Below, in pieces: positions 47,901 through 57,346 of a stretch of 64,000 nucleotides of DNA; position 1 is the first letter of the stretch; every line of letters begins with the position of its first letter. Under the pieces are notes generated by a model that had not been told where the DNA came from, ran no database searches, and saw only the letters and a list, made by a program, of their open reading frames with translations. The stretch comes from Chloroflexota bacterium (GTDB lineage: Bacteria; Chloroflexota; UBA5177). Made by a program: the position numbers and the translations under genes. The DNA is taken from assembly GCA_025449555.1 (NCBI GenBank), contig JANWJD010000084.1:712-64711 (forward strand). The letters are read 5' to 3'.

Positions 47901-48428
47901 ATACTGCAGTTCGAGAAAGTAGCGGTCGGCGAACACCTGTCGATACCAATCCGCCCGCTCTTCAGCGCCACCGAGGTTGCCATCCAGGATTAAACGGGCC
48001 ACTTCACTGCTGGCGCAGGCCGACATACAGATGAGGCCCTCGGAGTGGCGCTCGAGCAACTCGTGGTCCACTCGCGGCTTTCGATAGAAGCCTCGCAAAT
48101 GCGCTTGCGTGGTCAACTGAATGAGATTTCGGTAGCCGGCTTCGTTCTCAGCCAGGAGCACGAGATGGTAGTTCTTCGAAGCTGGTCCGGGTCGTTTCTC
48201 CAGGGGAGCGTCGGAGACGTACACCTCGCAGCCGATGATCGGCTTAACTCCAGCCCCCTTTGCCTTGTCGTAGAACTCAATTGCCGCGAACATGGTGCCG
48301 TGATCGGTCAGCGCCAGTGCCGGCATACCGAAATCACGTGCAGACTGCAGAAGATCGTCAATTCGTGCGAGCCCATCCAGCAGTGAATAGGAGGTGTGGC
48401 TATGGAGGTGCACAAAGTTATCTGTCAC
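44904..48428 (-). CDS. dnaE: DNA polymerase III alpha subunit (replicative)
   Basis: 1175-1197 aa; PHP motif FVHLHSHTSYSLLDG; Pol III alpha palm/fingers; OB fold near C-terminus; start GTG at 48428 or TTG at 48497. Confidence 0.92.
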   Translation of the reverse strand: MTDNFVHLHSHTSYSLLDGLARIDDLLQSARDFGMPALALTDHGTMFAAIEFYDKAKGAGVKPIIGCEVYVSDAPLEKRPGPASKNYHLVLLAENEAGYRNLIQLTTQAHLRGFYRKPRVDHELLERHSEGLICMSACASSEVARLILDGNLGGAEERADWYRQVFADRYFLELQYHELEFQKTINQGILHLHQRLGVPLVATNDVHYVTERQAYAHEVLLCVQTQTTMSDPKRMRMESQQFYLKSPQQMHALFGDYPGAVSNTIAIADRCNLDLVFGRPHLPKFDTPDGLTSEEYLRRLCEAGLSRRYPEVTAEIRARLEYELTVIFRTGFVDYFLLVYDVIRFAREQGIAVGPGRGSAAASIVAYCLFITNIDPVGHGLSFERFLNPERVTMPDMDLDFADDRRDEVIKYVNEKYGRDRVAQIITFGTMGPRAGVRDVGRVLGMPYPDVDRVAKLVPFMCSKVAKAKEEVAELRQLYETDDAMKTLLDTVEDLEGVARHASTHAAGVVISKDPLAEHVPLYKVPKSDQVTTQYAMASIEKIGLLKMDFLGLRTLTILERARGFIESTTGTSCELDDIPLEDSSIYDLLSSGDTFGIFQVDGAGFRKLMRELRPTEFKHIVAAGALYRPGPMEHIPEFVARKNGLKRVTYDHPALQEVLQETYGIVVYQDQVMRVAALVAGYTMGEADLLRRAMGKKKAAELAKHRSAFIERAGDRGTDAATAEHLFNVIEPFAGYAFNKAHAAAYAVITCQTAYLKANHPREYLAGYLSAERENAEKVTEAMSECGRLGIRILPPDVNRSDVDFTLEDGGIRFGLGAIKHVGTGAVESLLRARNERGPFASLEDLCTRMDSTAINKRVLESLAKCGALDGIGVERKRLVEGLDRIAGFALSVQRAAASGQVSLFGDASTVAPILQLPIVDAASLDEKIEWEEELLGTTVSRHPIADLAPAIRAANAIPVGDVTGEQDAQRVAAGGVVRRLRSFSTKDGRPMASFQLSDLRASVEVVVFSRSYEQVSARLTEGATVVIEGKIDASDGRLRLLASAVHALEDLSDHPLSPGLNGKHKVRSESAGANGNGAASAPSFDRPPKRLTIEIHRGPDRLEDVARIVAAYEVMQRFHGQDEVEILVRKGARLTAIPLPNTSIGYCDELASELTRVLEGAAVRVDGEPLTV

Positions 48429-48489
48429 GGATCCGAGACTCCCGAACTGAGATGAAGCGACAAGAACTATCCTACACCACAGCTTAAGT

Positions 48490-48545
48490 CCTCTCAAGGC
48501 CCTTGTAGTACTTGAAATGGATTACAAGGGCCTTGGACACAGGGT
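48490..48545. promoter_or_regulatory. paired CAAGG-N1-CCTTG palindromes in the dnaE upstream region (candidate operator sites)
   Basis: CAAGGCCCTTG (48495-48505) and CAAGGGCCTTG (48525-48535), then GACAC; 70-110 bp upstream of the dnaE GTG start. Confidence 0.5.
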
Positions 48546-48709
48546 GCAAGAGTGTACATTTCCACAATTCAACACTGGGTCACGTCGCCGCTCAATTCGA
48601 ACTCGAGGCGCGGTCGCACGCGATCCACCGCGTCTGGTCTCTCGCAATTGAGGCGAGCCCACCAATTCTTCGGCGGTTTTATCGGATTGATTCTGGTATG
48701 AGCCCGGAA

Positions 48710-49390
48710 TCAGACGCTGCGGTCGAGATTTTCCAGCATTGCTAGGAACCGGTCGCACAACGCCTGATATTCGGCGGCGGACCAGGACGGATCGGCCGAC
48801 GGCAACTTTTCCAGCAGTCGGGCCTTGGCGTGTAATAGCTCGCTGCCGAGACCAGGACTCGCCGAACGCACACTCTTTGCACTGTTCAACACTGCTCCGG
48901 TCTGAGGAGCGCTTTCTTCAGCTTCCGCCGCCGGCAGTGACGTGTCCTCAGACGTAGAAACAGCATCGGCATCATCGATCTTCGCCAGGTGACACACGGC
49001 GTAGAAGAATCGGGCTGCATTCTTCGCTTGCGATGCCGAGCTACTTATGCGGAAAAAATTGACCAGATCTTCCTGGGTCCACTTATCCGCCCCGGCATCA
49101 AATACAGGCTTGTACGCGGTCTCAACAAGATGTCGAAGCGTCGGCTCAAACCGATCGGTCGTTTGCAGCAGTCGATAGGCATGAGTCGGCTTGCCGCGAT
49201 CGTCCACGACGCCCAGAAATTTCAAGGCACTCAAAAGCGCATACTCATTGTTGCTCGCCACGTTCAGCTTCTCGAGAAAGCTGTGATCTACCACCTCCGG
49301 AACTTGACGGTCACGGATTCGCGCGAAAAAACGCTCGAGAGACGAGATCGGCGCATAGGGAGCGCGACGAACCGCGAAGTCGCTTGCCAT
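48710..49390 (-). CDS. DUF5343-like hypothetical protein
   Basis: 226 aa from the ATG at 49390 (MASDFAVRRAPYAPISSLERFF...LSALKFLGVVDD); family assignment from memory only; flanked on both sides by CAAGG/CCTTG palindromes. Confidence 0.45.
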   Translation of the reverse strand: MASDFAVRRAPYAPISSLERFFARIRDRQVPEVVDHSFLEKLNVASNNEYALLSALKFLGVVDDRGKPTHAYRLLQTTDRFEPTLRHLVETAYKPVFDAGADKWTQEDLVNFFRISSSASQAKNAARFFYAVCHLAKIDDADAVSTSEDTSLPAAEAEESAPQTGAVLNSAKSVRSASPGLGSELLHAKARLLEKLPSADPSWSAAEYQALCDRFLAMLENLDRSV

Positions 49391-49404
49391 CAATGCAGCC
49401 ACCT

Positions 49405-49570
49405 GTATTCCAAGGCTGTAACTCTTGGACACAAGGTACCACAAAGGCTGGTATCGTACAAGGCACCTTGGACCTCATATCGCGAGTCTAACGTTCACTT
49501 GTGCAATCTGTAACCGGGACGATCGCTTAGACAATTGTGGATACAAGGTATGTTACAGACCTTGGCGGAG
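49405..49570. promoter_or_regulatory. cluster of CAAGG...CCTTG(G) palindromes upstream of the DUF5343-like gene
   Basis: CCAAGGctgtaactCTTGG (49410-49428), CTTGGACACAAGG (49424-49436), CAAGGCACCTTG (49460-49471), CAAGGtatgttacagaCCTTGG (49544-49565); words shared with the dnaE-side sites. Confidence 0.5.
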
Positions 49571-49615
49571 CCCCAGCTTCGGCCGCCCTCGCCTAGACCA
49601 GATTCGCGCCGCTGC

Positions 49616-50254
49616 TTACACGCCGCGCTGCAGGGCACGGGCTAGTTCTGCCTGCCGGATGCTGATCGTGAGATCACCACGTGTGCGCTCCAGGACGGCC
49701 CGCAGCGAATCCGTGGTTCTCCGCAGACCCCCCGTGATCGCGTCGGGATAATCTACGGTTATGAGGTTCGTGTACACGTCATCCATGATTTTTAGTACAC
49801 GCTCGGCCTCTTGCATTTCGGCTTCTCCGCCGCGGCGGATGATGTCGAGTACATAGCGCCGCATCTCGCTAGCGGCTTCCGCCATACCGTTTAGAAACGG
49901 CGCCGGCTCGATGCCCAGCTCGCTCGGTTGCGGGAGTTCCTGCGACTGCAATATCGCGGCCACGATAAAGGCCTCGGCAATTTCCTTCTGGGCGTCCTGT
50001 ACGTACCCGGTCCAGTACAGATCCGGGTGTCCTTCCAGATCGAATTTGGTAGCTTGCACCATGCTACGACCAGCGTCGAGCGATTCCTGGGCACGCTCGT
50101 ATTCGCCCCGGTGAAGCGCCCGAATTCCGGTCGCCGCGTGTCGCACTATCTGGCGGGATTCGACCAGTGCGCGATCGCGTGCCTGGTTCTTGGTCTCGAG
50201 GTCCCCGACGATTCGCGACACCGCCCCGTCTATGTCCATATTGAAGATCTTCAT
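49616..50254 (-). CDS. translin-family-like protein (tentative)
   Basis: 212-aa all-helical protein; weak resemblance to archaeal/bacterial translin; no diagnostic motif verified. Confidence 0.35.
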   Translation of the reverse strand: MKIFNMDIDGAVSRIVGDLETKNQARDRALVESRQIVRHAATGIRALHRGEYERAQESLDAGRSMVQATKFDLEGHPDLYWTGYVQDAQKEIAEAFIVAAILQSQELPQPSELGIEPAPFLNGMAEAASEMRRYVLDIIRRGGEAEMQEAERVLKIMDDVYTNLITVDYPDAITGGLRRTTDSLRAVLERTRGDLTISIRQAELARALQRGV

Positions 50255-50343
50255 GCCGACTCCTCTTGATACTGTGGTCTGTAGACCTCCATCCTAGTCA
50301 GATACGCTCGTGCACCAAGGTCCGAAAGAGCGAAGGCGTTTCA

Positions 50344-51084
50344 TTGAACGAACAAAGGCTGCAAAAGGTCTTGGCCTCCCGCGGTGTGGCATCCCGGCGC
50401 GCGGCGGAGAGACTGATCGCGGAGGGGAACGTCACTGTGAACGGCTTGACTGCCACTGTGGGTCAGGCCGTCGATCCGGACCACGACCGCATCGAAGTGA
50501 ACGGGCACCCAGTTACGATCACCTTGACCGTTCGGTACTTGGCGCTCCATAAACCGGAGGGGTATGTTACGTCGACGGTAGGCGAGGAAGGACAGCGCAC
50601 CGTCATGGAACTCATCGATGCGCGGGAGCGTCTCTATCCGGTGGGACGTCTGGATCTTGATTCTGCGGGGCTGTTGCTGTTCACCAATGACGGTGACTGG
50701 GCAAATCTTGTCGTTCACCCCAGATATGAGATCGAGAAGGAATACATCGCCGTGGTGCGAGGACATCCGTCGAATCAAATTCTGGAGGTCTTGCGGAACG
50801 GCGTTCGTCTCCCGACTGGGGAAGTGACGTCTCGGTGTAGGGTAGAGACATTGCTCCGGGCCGAAACCACGAGCTCGCTTCAGGTAACAGTGCACGAGGG
50901 GAAAAAGAGGCAGATTCGCCTCATGTTGGCCGCAGTGGGACACCCCGTGTTGCGACTCACAAGAGTGAGAATCGGACCAATTCGGCTGGGCGACCTGGCT
51001 CGAGGCACGTGGCGCGAGCTGACACACGAGGAAGTCAGCGCGATTCGTAACTCTGCACAAAGTGGGGCACGCGCTGTTGACTAA
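50344..51084 (+). CDS. rluB: RsuA/RluB-family 23S rRNA pseudouridine synthase
   Basis: S4 domain (LQKVLASRGVASRRAAERLIAEGNVTVNG) and catalytic motif YPVGRLDLDSAGLLLFTNDG; TTG start at 50344 preferred over 50266, which would sit 12 bp from the divergent gene. Confidence 0.85.
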   Translation: MNEQRLQKVLASRGVASRRAAERLIAEGNVTVNGLTATVGQAVDPDHDRIEVNGHPVTITLTVRYLALHKPEGYVTSTVGEEGQRTVMELIDARERLYPVGRLDLDSAGLLLFTNDGDWANLVVHPRYEIEKEYIAVVRGHPSNQILEVLRNGVRLPTGEVTSRCRVETLLRAETTSSLQVTVHEGKKRQIRLMLAAVGHPVLRLTRVRIGPIRLGDLARGTWRELTHEEVSAIRNSAQSGARAVD

Positions 51085-51754
51085 GGCAGATTCGCATATC
51101 GCCATCGACGGGCCGGCGGCATCGGGCAAGTCCACCTTGGGACGCTCCATTGCCGACTCGTTGGGCTATAAGTTCCTGGATACAGGACAGATGTATCGCG
51201 CGGTAACTCTCAAAGCGCTCATAGACCGTGTACCCGCAGACGACGAAGCTCGGCTGAGCGAGATCGCTCAAGGCCTCGACTTTGCTCTCTCCCCCAACGG
51301 TCTGCTAATCGACGGCGTGCCCGCCGGACAGGAACTCCATTCCCCCGAAGTCGACTCGGCCGTGTCCGAGATCTCGGCCCAAACGGCGGTTCGCTCGGCA
51401 CTGGTGCGTCGGCAACGCGAAATTGCCACTGGGGACCCGATCGTGATGGTGGGTCGGGACATTGGCACGACGGTTTTGCCGAATGCGCCGGTGAAGTTGT
51501 GGTTGACGGCGTCAGACTCGGAACGTGCGCGCCGGCGCCTGCGGGATCAGCCGGAACAAGTAGTGCGAGAGGGGCATGAGGCGGCCCTGGCTCGACTCGG
51601 TTCGCGTGACCGATACGACGCTTCCCGCGCTCACTCGCCCTTACAAAGAGCGGCCGATGCTATATTTATAGATACCGACGGACGAAGTCCGGGACAGGTC
51701 CTCGATCAAGCGTTGGCGGCCATTCGAGCCGTATTCGGGGGCAGTCCATTTTAG
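51062..51754 (+). CDS. cmk: cytidylate kinase
   Basis: P-loop IAIDGPAASGKST and the Cmk NMP-binding pattern; typical rluB-cmk-der order. Confidence 0.9.
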   Translation: MGHALLTKADSHIAIDGPAASGKSTLGRSIADSLGYKFLDTGQMYRAVTLKALIDRVPADDEARLSEIAQGLDFALSPNGLLIDGVPAGQELHSPEVDSAVSEISAQTAVRSALVRRQREIATGDPIVMVGRDIGTTVLPNAPVKLWLTASDSERARRRLRDQPEQVVREGHEAALARLGSRDRYDASRAHSPLQRAADAIFIDTDGRSPGQVLDQALAAIRAVFGGSPF

Positions 51755-51852
51755 GAATGAAGTACGGCTGTTCTCAGGGAGATGCGGCGGTGCCGCTTCT
51801 CGTGTATTGCGGTCGAGTGGCGGGCTATCGTTCCCGCCTGGAGTGATTTGCA

Positions 51853-53187
51853 ATGGCGAAACCATTAATTGCGCTTGTGGGCCGGCCGAATGTCGGCAAG
51901 TCCACGTTATTCAATCGCCTGGTCGGCGAACGCTCGGCCATCGTGGAAGATTTGCCCGGCACGACGCGAGATCGGCTCTATGGGGAATTCGAATGGCGCG
52001 GACGTCGACTTGCCGTGGTAGATACCGGCGGCATGATCCCAGGTGTTGAGGAAGAAATTTCGGAAGGCGTTTTCGAGCAGGCTGAGCTTGCGATTGAGGA
52101 AGCGGATATTATTGTGTTCGTCCTCGATGGCCGGACTGGAATCACGCCGGTCGATCAAGAGATTGCGGAACTGCTGCGTCGCACCAGGAAGCCCTTGGTA
52201 GTGGCAGCCAATAAGGCCGACAACACCAAGCAAGAACTTTTAGCTGCTGAGTTCTTTGAATTAGGGTTAGGAGATCCGATTGCCATCTCGGCGGCCCGCG
52301 GACTGAACACGGGGGATTTTCTCGACCGAGTGGATGAATTGCTGCCGGCACCGATTGATGAAGCGATGGACGAGGACCAGGTGCGGGTTGCAATTATCGG
52401 TCGTCCGAACGTCGGCAAGAGTTCCCTCGTCAACTCTCTGACCGGGCAGAAACGGGCCGTCGTTTCGAACGTGCCCGGCACGACGCGCGACGCGGTAGAC
52501 ACCTTCGTTGAACACAATGGCCACGGTATCGTACTGGTGGACACTGCCGGCATCCGTCGTAGGGGCAAGATCACCCCTGGAATCGAGCGCTACAGCGTGC
52601 TCCGCGCGATGCGGGCGATCGATCGAGCAGACGTGGCAGTGCTCTTGATCGACGCGACCGAGCCATTGGCGGCTCAAGATGCACATGTGGCGGGATTCGT
52701 CCAGGAGCAAGCAAAGGGTCTAATCGTCGCGGTAAACAAGTGGGACTTGATCCAAAAAGAGTCGCATACTATGGCTCAGTTCGAGCGACTCATTCGAAAC
52801 GAACTCAAATTCATGCCATATGTGCCGTTCGTCTTCATCTCTGCGAAGTCGGGCCAGCGCGTGGAAAACGTGCTCACCCTAGCGCTGCAAATTGCCGAAG
52901 AGCGAAAGAAAAGAATTCCCACCGGCGTGCTCAACGATGCCGTGCGAAGAATGTTGGCCGAGCACCAAACACCCTCGTCCCGGGGTAAGATCCTCAAACT
53001 GTTTTATGTCACGCAAGTAGCGACGGATCCTCCGACCTTCGTGGTGTGGGTGAATAATCCGAGTCTTGTACACTTCGGGTTCGAACGTTTTCTCGAAAAC
53101 CGATTGCGCGAGAAGTTCGGATTCTTTGGGACGCCCATTCGTGTGTTCTTTCGCGCCCGAGCACAGGAAGCCGCAACCGCCCGCTAG
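51853..53187 (+). CDS. der: ribosome biogenesis GTPase Der (EngA), tandem GTPase domains + KH
   Basis: Two G1 motifs (GRPNVGKST x2), DTGG/DTAG G3 motifs, NKxD. Confidence 0.93.
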   Translation: MAKPLIALVGRPNVGKSTLFNRLVGERSAIVEDLPGTTRDRLYGEFEWRGRRLAVVDTGGMIPGVEEEISEGVFEQAELAIEEADIIVFVLDGRTGITPVDQEIAELLRRTRKPLVVAANKADNTKQELLAAEFFELGLGDPIAISAARGLNTGDFLDRVDELLPAPIDEAMDEDQVRVAIIGRPNVGKSSLVNSLTGQKRAVVSNVPGTTRDAVDTFVEHNGHGIVLVDTAGIRRRGKITPGIERYSVLRAMRAIDRADVAVLLIDATEPLAAQDAHVAGFVQEQAKGLIVAVNKWDLIQKESHTMAQFERLIRNELKFMPYVPFVFISAKSGQRVENVLTLALQIAEERKKRIPTGVLNDAVRRMLAEHQTPSSRGKILKLFYVTQVATDPPTFVVWVNNPSLVHFGFERFLENRLREKFGFFGTPIRVFFRARAQEAATAR

Positions 53188-54629
53188 TCCAGTCCCGCCA
53201 TTTGCTTTCCGGCGGCAAGGATCTGCTTGGCCAAGGCCGGGTTTGTAGCTTCGGTGTAGAGGCGTATGAGCGGTTCCGTGCCCGACGATCGGACCAGCAG
53301 CCAGCTCCCATCGGTTAGAAAGTACTTGTACCCGTCGAGGGTCTGCACATGATCGATCTTCTGGCCGGCCAGTTCAGAGGGGTGTTCTCCCGCGAACCGT
53401 CCGTATACTTCCTCACGCTTCTCCTCCGGGAACCTCACATCGACGCGCTCATAGTACGAGGGTCCGGCTTCATCCTGAAGATGTTCGACGATTTTCGACA
53501 TGGGTAAGTCGTACGCCTGTAACATCTCCATCACGTACATGGCTGCGAGGCTGCCATCCCGCTCGGGGATATGTCCACGAAATGCGTACCCGCCGCTTTC
53601 CTCGCCCCCGATCATGGCGTCGTGCTCTCGCATGGCGGGTCCGATGTACTTAAAGCCGACCGGCGTTTCGATGACGTCGACGCCGTACTTCTCGCCCAGC
53701 CGATTGGCGAGAGAAGTCGTACTCACCGACTTTACGATCGCACCGCGCCAGCCCTTCTTTTCCAAAAGGTACATGATCAGGAGACCGTAGACGAGGAGCT
53801 GATTAATGAAGGTCCCTTTCTCATCAACCAGACCAAACCGATCGGCATCTCCGTCGAGGGCCAATCCAACATCGGCCCCCCGCTCCGTCACTGCAGTCAT
53901 GAGCTTCCCGAGATTCACGGCAATGGGTTCCGGATTCACGCCACCAAAGTACGGATTCCTGTAGTTGTTCAGCTCCCAAAGCTGCAAGGACCCCCCCGAG
54001 AGTAGGTGAGGAATGTACCCCATGCCGGCACCATACATTGGATCGATGACAACTTTTAAGTTCGAGGCCCGGATCGGTCCCGGATCCACAATTACTGCCA
54101 ACCGCTGGAGATAACTCGGGGCCACCTCGAAACGCTCCACCTTTCCTTGCGACAGCGCGACCTGAAGATCCAGGCGGCGTACCGATTGCTCGCCAAAAAC
54201 AACTTCTGCCTGTTTCTCGATCGCGGAAACGGTCGCCGGATCGGCGGAACCGGCATATTCAGGTTTGTACTTGTATCCGTTATCGGTCCACGGATTGTGG
54301 CTCGCGGTGATCATCGCGGCGCCGGCCGCCTTGTGGGTCAGGATCGAGTAGGAAACCGCTGGAGTGGCTGCAGCTTCGGCTGCGAGTAACACGTGGATGT
54401 CGTTGGCGGCCAGAACTTCTGCCACTGCGCCGGCAAAGTATTCAGAGGCGAATCTCATGTCGTAACCGACCACGAAAGGGTCCTTTGCCTGGCCCTTGTC
54501 CCTCAGAAAGTTCGCGGTAGCTTGGGCCACAATCCGGACGTTCTCGAAGGTGTACGCCTCTGCTATAGCGGCGCGCCAACCATCGGTTCCGAACTTGATG
54601 GGGCTTGCGGTGTTCGTTGCCGTAGCCAT
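53184..54629 (-). CDS. phosphoglucomutase/phosphomannomutase family protein
   Basis: Active-site loop TASHNP (phospho-Ser), GTDGWR N-terminus, GGEESGG sugar-binding loop. Confidence 0.85.
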   Translation of the reverse strand: MATATNTASPIKFGTDGWRAAIAEAYTFENVRIVAQATANFLRDKGQAKDPFVVGYDMRFASEYFAGAVAEVLAANDIHVLLAAEAAATPAVSYSILTHKAAGAAMITASHNPWTDNGYKYKPEYAGSADPATVSAIEKQAEVVFGEQSVRRLDLQVALSQGKVERFEVAPSYLQRLAVIVDPGPIRASNLKVVIDPMYGAGMGYIPHLLSGGSLQLWELNNYRNPYFGGVNPEPIAVNLGKLMTAVTERGADVGLALDGDADRFGLVDEKGTFINQLLVYGLLIMYLLEKKGWRGAIVKSVSTTSLANRLGEKYGVDVIETPVGFKYIGPAMREHDAMIGGEESGGYAFRGHIPERDGSLAAMYVMEMLQAYDLPMSKIVEHLQDEAGPSYYERVDVRFPEEKREEVYGRFAGEHPSELAGQKIDHVQTLDGYKYFLTDGSWLLVRSSGTEPLIRLYTEATNPALAKQILAAGKQMAGLD

Positions 54630-54754
54630 GGCCACAACTCCCTCAGCGTCAAAATTTAGCGTCCATCGAATTGTACAGGCGGCAATGCCCCTTCCCACCC
54701 GCAAGCGTCGACCTTCACTCGGAGGGATTCAGCCAGGTTGGTTCTATTGCCGAC

Positions 54755-54805
54755 AAGGGTGCCGAAATGTGAGAGCGGGAGCCGCCTGCGTTCAACGGCA
54801 GCTCC
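54755..54805 (-). terminator. putative intrinsic terminator downstream of ahcY
   Basis: 10-bp inverted repeat GAGCGGGAGC/GCTCCCGCTC with a long loop; T-containing tail on the minus strand. Confidence 0.3.
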
Positions 54806-54845
54806 CGCTCTTCATGGATTCAGATATGTTCGTCCCTCGGTGCTC

Positions 54846-56123
54846 TTAGGTGCCCGACTGCCAGGAGTTGATGTAGAGCTCCTGCTCGGGAGTCAGAACA
54901 TCAATGTCTATGTTCATCGACGCCAATTTGAGTCGGGCGATCTCCTGGTCGATCTCGGTGGGAACGATATAGACGCCGGGCGACAACTCAGCCTTCTTCT
55001 GCTGCAGGTACTCCGCCGACAGGGCCTGGTTCGCAAAACTCATGTCCATGACAGCCGCCGGGTGACCTTCGGCGGCAGACAGGTTGAGGAGTCGGCCCTC
55101 TGCAAGCAAGTAGATCTTTCGACCATTGACGTCGAATTGTTCGACGAAATCCCGCAGCAAGGTGCGGCTGCTCGCAAGGGATTCCAGCGCCGGAATATTG
55201 ATCTCGTCGTTGAAATGGCCGGTGTTGGCGATGACCACGCCGTCTTTCATGACCGCGAAGTGTCGCCGATCGAGCACATTGAGGTTTCCGGTGACTGTGA
55301 TGATGAGGTCGGCGACCTTGGCTGCTTCCTCCATCGGCATGGCCAGATAACCGTCCATCACCGCCTCGAGGGCGCGCGTGGGATTAATTTCCGTGACAAT
55401 GACGTTGGCGCCGAGACCTGATAATCTGCTCGCCAGCCCGCGTCCGCACCATCCGTAGCCTGCGACCGCTACCCGCTTACCGGCCAACAGCATATTTGTA
55501 GCGCGGAGCAGTCCGTCGATGGTGCTCTGACCCGTTCCGTATCGATTGTCGAAGAGATGTTTGGTGTCGGCCTCATTTACTGCCACGATCGGATAAGCCA
55601 GCGCACCGTCGGCGGTCATACTTTGAAGCCGGATGACTCCTGTAGTGGTTTCCTCGGTACCGCCAAAAATGGCGTCAAGCAGTTCGCGGCGGTCTTGGTG
55701 AATACGGGTCACAAGATCGTTACCGTCATCCATCGTCATGTTAGGATTCGAATTCAGCACAGCGTCGATGTGCCCAAAGTAGGTGTCACGATCCTCGCCC
55801 TTAATGGCGAAGGTCGGAATGTCGTAGTGGACATTGAGCGCGGCCGCCACGTCATCCTGGGTGCTGAGCGGGTTCGAGGCACATAGGAACACGGACGCTC
55901 CCCCGGCTTTCAGTGTTCGCACAAGATTGGCGGTCTCCGTGGTCACGTGCAAGCAAGCAGCTATCTTCACTCCGGCCAGCGGCTGCTCATCCGCAAACCG
56001 CTCGCGAATCATGCGCAAGACCGGCATGGTCGAGTCGGCCCACTCGATTCGGACCTTTCCCTTATCGGCGAGTCCGAAATTCTTTACGTCGCCTTTTGAG
56101 GATACCTCAGTTTGCATTGTCAT
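54846..56123 (-). CDS. ahcY: adenosylhomocysteinase
   Basis: Full-length SAHH similarity incl. NAD-binding GYGWCGRG and the HFNDEI hinge. Confidence 0.93.
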   Translation of the reverse strand: MTMQTEVSSKGDVKNFGLADKGKVRIEWADSTMPVLRMIRERFADEQPLAGVKIAACLHVTTETANLVRTLKAGGASVFLCASNPLSTQDDVAAALNVHYDIPTFAIKGEDRDTYFGHIDAVLNSNPNMTMDDGNDLVTRIHQDRRELLDAIFGGTEETTTGVIRLQSMTADGALAYPIVAVNEADTKHLFDNRYGTGQSTIDGLLRATNMLLAGKRVAVAGYGWCGRGLASRLSGLGANVIVTEINPTRALEAVMDGYLAMPMEEAAKVADLIITVTGNLNVLDRRHFAVMKDGVVIANTGHFNDEINIPALESLASSRTLLRDFVEQFDVNGRKIYLLAEGRLLNLSAAEGHPAAVMDMSFANQALSAEYLQQKKAELSPGVYIVPTEIDQEIARLKLASMNIDIDVLTPEQELYINSWQSGT

Positions 56124-57079
56124 ACTCCTTCAGTGATAAGGGTTGGGGCTTGAATAAAAACAGGCTGAGACTCCGGAAGTTCGATCCGTGTCATAGCGGC
56201 AAGTGACGCATAGCGATCGGTCATCGACGCCTGATCGGCGCGCAGCAAGCCGCTCACGCTAAAGTCTTCCACGGCAAAACTTGCGACTACGCTTCCGAAT
56301 ACGACGGCTGCCTTGAGATCTTCGAGACTCGTGCTTCTCCGTCGATCGAGATAACCGATAAAGGCGCCGGCGAAGCTGTCGCCGGCCCCGGTAGTGTCTC
56401 GCACCTCCCAGGTAGGAAATGCAGGTACGAGAAAGATCTCTTCGCCGGCGAAAAGAATCGCCCCATATTCGCCGCGCTTCACCACCACATGGCGCGGCCC
56501 AAGGGCCAGAAGCTCGCGGGCGGCTTCGAGCACGTTGTATCGACCCGTGTACTCCCGAATCTCACCTTCGTTGATCAGGACGGTGTCGACCTTCCGGATC
56601 ACTTCGGTTAAAACATCGCGCTTCCCCTCGATCCAGAAGTTCATGGTATCGAGCGCGATGAGTTGTGGATTCCGCACCTGCTTGAGCACTTCCAATTGCA
56701 ACAGAGGGTCGATGTTACCGAGAAAGAGAAACCGCGCATCCCGATATTCCTCGGGAAGTGTCGGATGAAACGTCTCAAACACGTTCAGTCGGGTGTCCAG
56801 CGTGTGCGCGACGTTCATGTCGAAATCGTACTGGCCGACCCAGCGAAACGTCTCCCCGTGGCGCTGTTGCAAGCCTTGAAGGTCGACGCCGCGCCCTTCG
56901 AGCATCTCAATTCCGCTCGACGGGAAGTCGTCTCCCACCACGCCGACCAATTGCACTTCGGTGAACAGGCTCGCCGCGAGCGCAAAGTATACCGCCGTGC
57001 CGCCCAACGCCTCCTCGGCCCTTCCGAATGGCGTCTCGACAGTGTCGATCGCGATACTACCAACGACTAGACTCGTCAC
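56120..57079 (-). CDS. PfkB-family carbohydrate/nucleoside kinase (likely adenosine kinase, coupled to ahcY)
   Basis: PfkB signature DTTGAGDSFAGAF; stop overlaps the ahcY ATG (ATGA). Confidence 0.8.
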   Translation of the reverse strand: MTSLVVGSIAIDTVETPFGRAEEALGGTAVYFALAASLFTEVQLVGVVGDDFPSSGIEMLEGRGVDLQGLQQRHGETFRWVGQYDFDMNVAHTLDTRLNVFETFHPTLPEEYRDARFLFLGNIDPLLQLEVLKQVRNPQLIALDTMNFWIEGKRDVLTEVIRKVDTVLINEGEIREYTGRYNVLEAARELLALGPRHVVVKRGEYGAILFAGEEIFLVPAFPTWEVRDTTGAGDSFAGAFIGYLDRRRSTSLEDLKAAVVFGSVVASFAVEDFSVSGLLRADQASMTDRYASLAAMTRIELPESQPVFIQAPTLITEGV

Positions 57080-57346
57080 AAATCCTCCTCCTCGTCATCA
57101 GCGCGCGGCCAAGGGGGTCAAAAGCCGTCGCGACGTACAGATTGTTCATTGCCCAGAGGCATGCTCTTGCGTCGGACTTCCTTCGGATTCCTGTCTAAAA
57201 AGCAATCAGCCGCAGCATGGGCCATTCAGGTCCACCTACGGCGACCCCACTCAAGACTTCCCAGCGGCGGCAAAAACCAAGTAAGTATAGCGTGTCCGGG
57301 CGAACACGTCGAATGTCCATGGCGTTCTCAGGAACTCTTGACCTGG

